From positions 1,302,001 to 1,366,000 of the forward strand of contig JBHGNT010000007.1 of the NCBI GenBank assembly GCA_043228905.1: 64,000 nucleotides of DNA. Direction: 5' to 3'. The notes below the pieces were generated by a model. The model saw only the letters and a list, made by a program, of their open reading frames with translations, did not search any database and was not told the origin of the DNA. This document shows positions 53,441-64,000 of this stretch, piece by piece. The DNA is from Azolla caroliniana (Eukaryota > Plantae > Polypodiophyta). A program made the position numbers and the translations under genes. The number at the start of each line of letters is the position of its first letter. Positions within the stretch are counted from its first letter, which is position 1.

Positions 53441-56400
53441 GTGTGGATGCTAGTTCATGTGGGGGGGTAATTTCTTTGTGTGAGTATTTAACTTTTATGA
53501 TGGCACCAATGAATGTCCCTCTCCCTATGTAGGGAGGGAGGGCAACAATACTATAATGGTGGTTTCTACATACAATTTAGCAAATTGAGTTGTTTGCAAA
53601 AAGGGAAAAAAGAGAATCTTATGAATTTTTTCTTTGGTGAGATGTTCATCTTGCATATTGACAATTCAACATGTCCCATGACCCATTTAGTGATGATGTC
53701 ACTTAGTTGTAGTACCATTATAGTGTTTTTAGCACACGTTTATGAATATAATTCTATAATATTCTCAAATAAAAATAAAGAGAATCTTATGAATGAGCCG
53801 TAGAGACAAAATGGGACATGTGTAGTGAAATCTACAAGAAGAATAAAGATAAAATTATAAACTTTTTACTTCTTCTTCATCGCTTTTCGTTTTGGAGCTA
53901 GAGCTCTCTCACACACACACATTAAGCTTTGACCCTCTTCTCTGATTTTGAGCTTAAGCCTCAAGCATTCATCTTGAGTGCCTAGGCTCCATCTTATCAT
54001 AAGAGCTTGTTTGGCCTAAACAATTTGTATGATAATTGAGGTGTAGACTTTCTCGATTTCTCATTTGCCATTAGTGAATTAAGTGATTCATTTATGGCTA
54101 GATAAATTAAGTCCCGATTGCACTTGTTTATTGATATTTGTGTTAGAGAGTAAGAGTGAGGAGAGGATTAGAGAGTTCTCCTATGAGAACTAATCCCTTG
54201 GTGTGATCAAAAGGGATTGGTACTCTCTCTTGCCCAACTCGCCATTCAACCGACATGATGATCAATGAGGTTCTAACCTTGTCATGTTTAATCCCAAGTA
54301 TGATTACCCTATTATTTAAAAACAATTGTGTAAATGATGAAGTATCACATAATCTCAAGGAGCCTCCAAAGGCATTGAAGAATTTGCTATGTTCACTAAC
54401 AATGAGGTAATCAAAGTAGTTGGAGAGGCACATGAGACCAAGAGTGTTAGAAGAAAAGACACCATACAATGTGAAACCACCAAGAACTCGTTAATGCTCT
54501 TGAATGTAGATGAAGTTGTAGTTGACCTTTGTAAATAACCTAATAAAGTAAAACTTTGAACCCGCAACATTCTATCAATAGCATTTTCTCTAGATATTCC
54601 ATTCCAACACGAATACGAGTGAGAAGGGATACACATGCACCCACATATCATTTCACACATAACTTGTGTATTACACTAATGGGTTAGAGATAGCTTGAAT
54701 GTTCACAAGATCAAACATGGATACATCAAATATTATTACATAAAACTCTCTAGGTGTGCCCAAGCACATGCCAAAGTTGGTGAAAACAATCAAGTAGCAT
54801 TTTTGTTCAATGCAAAAGTTTGCATAAAAATTATTTAAAAACAGCAAGACACTCAAGACATATATTTGTTTTGAAATGCTTGCAAGACAAAATTAATACT
54901 TGACAAGTTTTAGCATATGACGGCCATGAATTGTTGTTCTTTCATCATAGAAGGCCCTTTTCCATGTTGACAAGGCATTTCAACTTTATTAGATTCTACA
55001 ATTCTTTTGTTCTTGAGGTAAATGAGAGTGTTTTCATAAGTTACCCAAAACTTTGCACATGTACTGCTAAGAGAACTTGGATCTTATCCTTCTTTATAGA
55101 ATACTTCAAAATTTCACAATTTCCATTTCTTATGAGTCATGACAATAGAATATATCTCCCAGTTCAATTAAAGGAAGAGCCTTAGTGACCCTCCCATATC
55201 TATACGACAACAAGTAGCAGTTTCTTCTTTGGTAATGAGTCATGACTTCTTGCTCATATCTCATAATGCTCCATTTTTATTGGTGGGAATTGATTGAACA
55301 ACTCTCTCAACAATTGATTTTAAAAAACATGGAATAAACCTTAATAAACAAGGCAATATGTTAAATACTTGTAATGATACTTTCGTGCATCAACAATTGG
55401 AATTGCAATTATTGAACTTTTATTAATGTATTAACAAATGCATACTTTGAATTTGAATGATTCACTCACAAGATACATCAACCTAATGATTCACTTAGAC
55501 AATGACACCTCAATGGTAGAATTTTAGAAAGAGCTTTGCGCTTTATCCCAACATCATCCGGAATTAACTCAAATTGGAAGAGACCGTCCTAAATAAGTTC
55601 ATCATATGACCAAATGGTCATGGACATTAACAAATAAATCTTGCGAGTTTGAAGTCTGAATCAACTATACACAGAGCACATGATTGAGATAGAGGATGCA
55701 TGCAAGTTTACACATTTCCCTACCTTATGACAACCATCAATTTACATCTCTTTTTCATCCTTGAATGGCCATGAAATTTGTCTCTATGACTTCATCTAGT
55801 CATTGCATGAGCATTCTACCCCCAAAACAGGACATTGCATGTCTATTTCCAACTTTGTAGTGGAGTTCATGGTCTTTATATCTCCCTTGAATGCTTCAAA
55901 CTATGTCCCAACTATATAGATCTAAGCTAAAGGTACAATATAGCTAGCGCGAGTTGTGGCTATCTCATTGAGTTTCGATAAACAATTCAAGAAAGCATTT
56001 AGACATGATGCCCATCGTATGCTCTAAAGAGCGAAAAAAAGGGCACATGAAGCGCTTCTCATTAACAAGAAACTGGTGAGTTAAAATGTTTTGGTAGTAA
56101 GAAAGAAAAGGTGTCAAAGAATACATATTAGGAGACATAAATATTGTACAAAAAGGTTGGATATTATTACATCATCCAAAAATTCAATTAATTGGAGTAG
56201 GTAGACAAATGTGGACCTTCTTGAAACTTCACTTTATTGGTAAGAGCTTGCACAACTTTTGGGCCCAGTGTGCACAAAATTACCACACATTGGCTAGGCC
56301 ATGTGAAGTTACTCGCACCTTTATCCAAGAATCCTTACATGTCGATGGCATTCTCGAACAACTTCAATGAGGCAAGGCGTACATTATAGGTTTGGAATGG

Positions 56401-56599
56401 ACGAGTGTTTGATTTGGAGGGGGAATTTGAGGAAGGAGCTCATAGACCAGGGCATTACGGATTCTAGTCATCTCTTTGGTGCCATGCCAAGCAGACGTTG
56501 AATCACATGGATAAGGCGGCGGAAAAAGAAGGCAACCATGTGAACCTTGTGGGCTTTGGGGTTTCGAAATATGTTAGATACATTTGTTAGTGGAGTGTG

Positions 56600-56800
56600 C
56601 ATGTATGCATGTAATGTATGTAATGTATGTAATGTATGTGTGTATGTGATGTATGTGTGTATGTGATTTATGTATGTATGTATGTAATGTATGTGTGTAT
56701 GCGATGTATGCGATGCATGTTTGTATGTATGTATGTATGTATGTATGTGATGTATATAGGTATGTAATGTATGTATGTGGATTGGATGGATGTATGTATG
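56600..56800. repeat. Degenerate (TATG)n/(ATGT)n low-complexity repeat
   Basis: Read directly. Confidence 0.85.
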
Positions 56801-57458
56801 TGAAGGAGGCACATTATCCATGTGAGAACGAAAGGAAGAAGACTTGTGATTATCTAAATAAAGCTTTTGTGGATTCTTCTGCACCGTCCAACCATGGAAA
56901 ATGACAGATTATGTGGTAAGCTCAACTCAGACCATTTCTTCCTTTTTCTTTTGTGGTCACACGTCAAATTTCTCTTTTTTTATCATCAGACACAGCACAG
57001 GAAAGCCTAGAGTCCTCACAAATAAGAATGGACCCATCAAAGAGAAGCATAAACCCATCATACATATGCCCTTTTCTTCTTCCGGAGGACCAAGTTGTGG
57101 TCTCAATACGTGGCTCATATTCACAGTAATGGGCATGTTTGCTTGACCTAATTTAGGTATTTCTTTTCGTTTTCATGATGATCAAGTTCTGGCCTTATGG
57201 GCATATGAAGAGCCCTGTTATTTTTTGTGTTTGTTCGATCTTGATTTAGGCATGTTTTATTTTCTGCTCTTCACAAGACCAAGTTTTTTGTCTCAAATAT
57301 TTGGTTTTTTCTATATAAACGAACGTATGAATATGTCCTCTGTTTTTTACCTGATTTCTTATACACACTACTATGCATAAAAAGGGTACTCTGTTTGGCC
57401 TTGATTTCCTTTAAATTTGCCATAATTCTCCGGTTTCCTGATATTTTCATCTTAAAGT

Positions 57459-60424
57459 ATGATGGCAGGTAAAGAGACTGCTAATAGGAGACAAGATTCA
57501 GGAGCTTCTGAAGCTTTATCAATGAGTTATGAAGAATATGACCTTCATCCCTCTCACCCTCACCGTCCGTTGAGAATATTAAGTGGAGACTCGGTATTCT
57601 ACCTTACGATCTTTTCTCTTTGTGTGAATCTGCTCAATTGGATTGTGATATCTTCTTTGAATTTCCTGCACATAATGTTTTAATAAGCTTCAAATTTCAT
57701 TAGATGTTTTGAATGTAAATGGAATCTACATTTAATTAGGAGAGAAGATTTGTCTTGCAATTTTTGCATATTTCCTTGCATATCATGTCGTAATAAGATA
57801 AAAATGGAGAAGGATTGGATTTTAATATCTTTATATGTCGTGGATATCATGTTTAAAAGATTTTCATGTTTCTTGAATGTTGTTTCTATTTGAAGTGATC
57901 TGCTTATCATACTTTAATAAAATAAAAGGCAACCTGATTCTTTGCTAGATGTTGTTTCAAATGTGAAGAGATCCACATATCTCGATATTTCTTACATATC
58001 GTGTTTTAATAAAGTGAAAGGCACACCCATTTCTTGCTAGATCTTGTTCCTTATCTAAAAGGATCCACACATATTTGGATTGAACTCCCATCATCTGTTA
58101 GATGCTATTTCAAATGTGGACAGATCCACATTTGATTGGGAAAGAAGATTGTAATACCTTGGTAGTACTTGCATCCTATGTTCTAATAAGATAAAAGGCA
58201 CTCTCATGTTTGCTAGATATTGTTTTAAATGCAACAAGAGAGAAGATGTGGATTCTGATATCTTTCTGTATATTTTGTATCATGTTTTAATAAGTCGCAT
58301 GACACTTTAATACTGGATGCTGTTTCAAATGTACAGTGATGTACAATTAGTTAGGAGAGAAGCATGAAACAGAACCTAATTGGGTTCTTGAGAGCACGCA
58401 ATGAATCTCATCCTTGTAATAAGATAACCAGAGTTTATAACATGAAAACACCTTTTGATGAGAAGCATGAGCTTTTTAATTGACTCAGGCTTGCGTATAA
58501 ATTGATGAAGACATTCCATTGTAAGAAAAAGGTCTTCCAAAGGAATAATTTCTTGTGAAATACTAATCTCTTGAGCAACTAAGGAAACATTTAAGTGAAG
58601 TTAGTCTCCCTTGAACAGCTGAGGGTGGGGGTGGTCCTTTCCCATTGGATGCTCATGACATTTTGTAGTGTATTAACGTATTCTTTATGGAAATTTTCAA
58701 GCAGATTTGCCTCAGCTTTTCTTGTATTAAATGTGGAGAATATATATTTTTGTAAGCTTTGCTCTGAGCACTCTGTCATTGCTTTTGATGGTTCAGAACG
58801 GGATTGCTTCCATAACTCCACAAGTTCAGTCCTCAATGCAAACAGGCTCCAGTATCCCACCACACACATCAATGAATTCTGTTGATGTAACCATGAACAC
58901 AGAAGGGGATGTCACAGAAACACCAGATCAAATTGATGAAACACTGGTTACGGCATTACGAAGCCCCAGGTGCGATTCACCAACTTTTCAGGCTCAATGA
59001 CATATTATTATGTGTGTATAAGTGTATGCATGTGTATGCACACAATATCTATTTATGCGTTTCAGGTTAGAACCATTAAAAGTAATAGCGTATGTATTTA
59101 TATCAGGATCATAAATATTCAGAAAAAGGGCATAAATATACGCCCCACAGATGTCATGAGAGGCATAACAAACATAAAGGAAAAGGATTGTCTGAGGGAA
59201 AACTTAACTGATATGAATTAAAAGACGATTGTCCATAATTCTGATCATTATGAAGCATCAGAATATCCAGAGCCCAATATAGGGTCCATAGTGAAAAGCC
59301 GAGGAACCAAAAAATGTTTAATGGAATTAATGAGCAGGGAATCATAACTATCGCCAGTGGGTAAATTGCTGCAAGAACAATATGGAATGAGGACAAGTCC
59401 AGAGTAGATAAAAGGTTTCACACACAAACAAGCACACCAATACACAAAGAGGCTCAACCACACACACGTGACACACTCGCTCACAAATTATATTGGTCAC
59501 CAATATTTGCATTATATAGTGTACTAAAGTTGCTATTACATAATTTGAATTGTAATAAATCCTATGAACACAATAGAAAAGAGTAAATACAAGCCTATGT
59601 TTTATTGGGCGTAATGCTAGCATTTGCATGGCAGCACTGGAAGTAATTAGGATACTCAACAAAAATAGTGAATTTCTATGTATGTACAATGTATGTATTT
59701 GCATATTTATACATGTATATTTGTGCATGCCTATTGAGTAGCATGCATGGATATGTGTGTTTATGGGTTTGTATATGTATGTATTGAAGATGAATAAAAT
59801 TTTAGACATTATTTTGTTCATATGTCCATAAATTGTTGTGCATTCAACCATTGCAGCTATAACAGTTTGGGTTCTTCTAGAAACTTCCTAGAAGAACTAA
59901 CCCTTCTCCTAGAGGATGATGAAGATGGATGGAGCGACGACGAGTTATGTGGTATCCAGGAGTGGTTAGCCGCCTTAGGTTTTGGAGAGGGCTGGCAAGT
60001 AGATACTGATCCATCTTCATTATCTTCGTTATCATCGGAACCCAGTTTGAGCAAAGCTGTAATCAGAAGCTTGCCAAAAGAGGTATTTCATACAAACCAA
60101 TCAGGAAACAACACCAAGGTTGGAAGTTCTTTGGATGAGCCAAAGCAAGAAGAATGTTCGGTTTGTTTAGAAGCTTTTCTCACAGGGCAGATACTTACAT
60201 GTCTTCCATGTAACCATAGGTTTCATGAAGATTGTGTTACACCATGGTTGGAGAACCATGCACATTGCCCCTATTGTAGAACAAAGGTGACCATAGGGGG
60301 AGGAACAAGTAGTACAAGTTCTAATGAGGAGAGAAATAGCCAGGCTTTCCCTTTGAATCATGAAGATGTGATTGCATGGATGGAAGCTGTAGACTCCGGT
60401 CTCATACAAATGGGGATTAGGTGA
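57459..60424 (+). CDS. RING-H2 (C3H2C3) E3 ubiquitin ligase; exons 57459-57593, 58797-58969, 59857-60424; 291 aa
   Basis: CSVCLEAFLTGQILTCLPCNHRFHEDCVTPWLENHAHCPYC, preceded by LSKAVIRSLPKE. Splices GACTCG|GT..TTCAG|AAC (phase 0) and CCCAG|GT..TGCAG|C (phase 2) join in frame: 135+173+568=876 nt. The last exon is solid; the first two are inferred. Confidence 0.8.
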
Positions 60425-63400
60425 TTGTTAGTAAAGAAGGTATATATGTGCTCACAAAATTTTGCATGTTTTGTTGAGTATTTCAATCATACACCGAAGT
60501 CATTTTCAATAGTCTCAATGCAAATGCAATTAGCCCTCACACTGCCCAATAATACAGCAGTTTTTTTACTTAATACTTTTGTTTCATATGTTTGCATTAG
60601 AAATTCAGAAGTTCCAACTTCTGGGTACTACTACACAAAAATGCAACAAGTGTTGGTGGAAAGATCAAAGGTCAACTTACGAAGTGTTGGTTAGGGTGGT
60701 GAAAATATTGAAAAGGAAAACTGAATTTTGTACACCCTTCTCTTTGGGAACATCTATTCTTCCCAAAAAATAAAGTCAATTTCAATGCTTCACTGAATGT
60801 GTGGACTCTTGTGGTGTTATCCTACTGTTCTTGGCCGTTTATTGGGTATTGCATTTGTACATATGAAGAAAGCAAACATTTTCTAGTGTCAAATGACACT
60901 TTTAGATTAGCCTCATTAAAAATTGAAGTGCATTGTAGATACAATTAAACAGAAGGACAAAATTTGTATGCATTATGTTTGCTGATTATGCTGCAAGTAC
61001 ATTCAAACTAAAGGGCAATAGCTATGCGTGCTTATGTTTGACGGAATTATATCCATTATTGCCTACATTATAAGCATTGAAAGCGTAATTAGAGTGAGTG
61101 GGTACGTGTGGGCATTGTTGATAAGGTCAAGCATATCAATGATATGATTGTGTGACATATTGTCGGACCATTGATAATGAACTGTATGGCCAATAAAAGT
61201 CAACGTTATAGGTAGTTTTGCTATTTTGGTTCTTTTGTATGTCATGCGTGAATGCAATGATAATGACTATCTGCCAATTCATTATGAAGATTATTTCAAT
61301 ACAAATTGAGGGTTCCTTTGTATATGGTGTCACATTTTTGGGTGTCATCTATTATGTGATGCATATAATTATTGCATTTTGCGAGGATAGTGAATAGCAT
61401 GCAACTAGGACAATGAATTAAATTTCCTAATAAATGGAATAACTCAGCTACATCTCAAGAAAGTTCAATTAAATGACCCTTTCTTGAAAATGACATGTGC
61501 TCAAAGCCTCGAGTTGTTGGCTTGATTGAATTTGATATTTAGGCCAAAGATTTGAGTTCTTTCAAGCTCATTCTAATACTAGCTCATATAGTGCTACATT
61601 CCCTTGTATGTACCATTGTAAGATTTGAAATTATAATTGAGTGTGAGGAAAGCAAATATGCATGAACATGTACCTAGCGTCTTGGGTATAAACTATCCAC
61701 ATGGGATATTGTAAGATGTTGACACTCTATGGAAAATGGCACCTAACAATAAAAGCAGGCAAATTGAAGTTTTGTTTCTCTACCTATGTGAAGAAATGTT
61801 AGAAACATGACAAATAGATGATTATATGTACAATGCACACTAGTTAGTTTGGACATGAAGAATATTGTAGGAGTTTGCCAAATCATACAACCATATTCTT
61901 ACTTTAATATGTGCATGTGGAAGAATTTTACTGCTACCTATCAAAGCCAATACATGACTCAACTAATGGTAAATCATAACATTTGCCCCTACATCATCAA
62001 TGTTAAAGATTCCAATTCACATCTCCCAATCCAATTCAAAAGAATTCGATAATCAAAACATTACAACAACCTTGAAATTTCCAAGGTAAGAAGGAGAAGA
62101 CATCAATTCAACTTATCACATTATCTTGAAGACTTTCTATAGTATAGGTGGATATCATTGCTAGATGGGCAAAGGCAAAACCAAAAGGAGATAAAATAAC
62201 TCAATGTAACTTATTGATTGATTCAATTGGGTTTCTTACATTTAATGTGCTCACATACTTATGTACACCATCCTCTTCTTGTACTTCTTTAGATTCCTTG
62301 CACTAGGTAACCATATAAGTTTATGTTAGAAACAAGAATGATTCACTTATTCCCTCATCATAGTCTTGAAAGAAATGACCAAAATAATTATATAAGGTGG
62401 TAGTTAAAATAATTGGATACCAAAATGTGTTGGGATCGCAACACTTTGTACAATTGATATTGTGGTTGAAATCGTTGTACTATACAAAAATTTTATGAGA
62501 GTAACGTTGTTTTGGTATTCATACCATGGTTGACTGAGACATTACATGCTTTGTTATTGTTCTTCATTCCATCAAAAGCTTTGTATATGGTTATTTAATT
62601 ATCTATCTAGTTATATACATATTATAATGTATATTTCACATGGCCACTATTTTTATCAACTCAAACTTGAGATGTGTATCAAAAATAAAAAATAATGAGA
62701 AGCCGTTTTCGAGTTTTTCAGACACATTTTGCAATGAATGGTTGATTTGGGTATCAGGTCCATGCATGAAGAATTGGTAAGAGACAAAAGAGAAAGACAA
62801 AGAAAGAAACAAATGGTGAAGTCATTATACGAAAGAATAAAAGAATGAATTATTCAATAACTACAAGGGCGTGGTTCCCTAAGATTTAGTAAGAGAGAAA
62901 GACAATGTCGACAACCATTAGAGAGGAGAAATTCATTCTCATAAAACTTAACGAAGTAGTGGAGTTGTTTATTGAATTTGTTTCCACTTACCATGTGGCG
63001 GATGCGAAGCATTAACATTTGATGATATATTAATTTCCAATTTGCAAACTCTTATGAATAAACGCTAGCTAGCAACTAGTGCAATGACATGAATAATTTT
63101 TACAATCTCAAGTTACAATACATAATCATGATAATAGTGAAAAACATGTCAATTACTTATCTGTATAATGACACAAAGGTGAAACTATGAATGCTTTTTC
63201 CAACAAACGTAACAATAGACACGTTGTCTTTTATGATTGTATAACTTCTAGCATACGCTAAAAGGTAGCATTTCACATTTTGCTTTCGCACAATCTTCTT
63301 TGATTGGGTGAAATTTGATATTTGTGGAAAACACATGGATACCTTGTATTACATTGAGAGCAAAGGATCATTTTTGAACATCTTCAATCCCATAAATTTT

Positions 63401-64000
63401 GACTGAGGGTTAAGAAAAGGTTAATATTTCTCATGCATTCAACAATGCTCCAAGCATATACATACAAATTTATTTTTTTATAAGCTTGGAAACGTCCCAT
63501 CTTGATCTCGGCAAGGTTCCTTGGACCATGTATGGCCAACAAGTGTAATGTTATCATGAGAAGGGTTTGAAAGATGCAAGTGGGACAACCACACATATAT
63601 TTACAGGCTTGGAAACCTCACATCTAATCTCGGCAAGGCTTCCTCAGACCGTGTAACATTGTTGCAAGAAGGGTGTGAAAGTTGCAAGCAGGACCACCGA
63701 GGATTTGACATAGGTAAGATGGCTTTAATAACATTGTCGATAAAGGGTTGTAGGGTTTGAGTATGTACGATGGCACATTGTCATTCTCCTAGTGTTTTCA
63801 CCCTTCTTAAATTACGTAGATGCACTTGTAAAAACTATGTGCTTGAGGTAATGTGATGTAGTGGGTGAAATGTGCATGTTCCTTTATGTGAAAAGCGATT
63901 TGATTCTGGGATCATGTATGTTAGAAAGTGTAAATATGTTCATTTTACTTATTGATTGGGTGCATACGTGTGTATGTGTTTGTATTAAATGTGTGTGTGT

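Noticed and set aside
53800-56400. Possible old retroelement or transposon remnant
   Set aside because: Only short, motif-less ORFs; no boundaries or domains could be assigned.
56468-56904. His/Thr/Tyr-rich and Met/Val/Cys-rich ORFs
   Set aside because: Translations of the (TATG)n microsatellite.

Overview
Repeat-rich land-plant nuclear DNA. Spliceosomal introns, AT-rich CpG-depleted intergenic DNA and an RTEX-type LINE suggest a non-angiosperm such as a fern (inference only). Genes: three tandem intronless kissper-kiwellins (+, 1.2-7.2 kb); a complete three-exon C2-type phospholipase D alpha (-, 9072-11955); a small conserved plant gene missed by the ORF track (-, 14954-15214, 'WVGASVASAFFASLERCSC' motif, start codon unresolved); and a three-exon RING-H2 E3 ligase (+, 57459-60424). 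Between 22.4 and 45.2 kb lie two nested pairs of full-length Ty1/Copia LTR retrotransposons (B inside A, D inside C). All four have LTRs, PBS, PPT and 5-bp TSDs, and D is intact and very young. Next come a head-to-tail triplet of tRNA(Ala)-like units separated by (GA)n, an RTEX-like LINE with a single frameshift and an older LINE fragment. The most unusual signal: in all four Copia elements an inverted repeat of element-specific sequence brackets the PPT/3'-LTR junction, placing the PPT and LTR start in a predicted hairpin loop. All coordinates and counts were read by eye.
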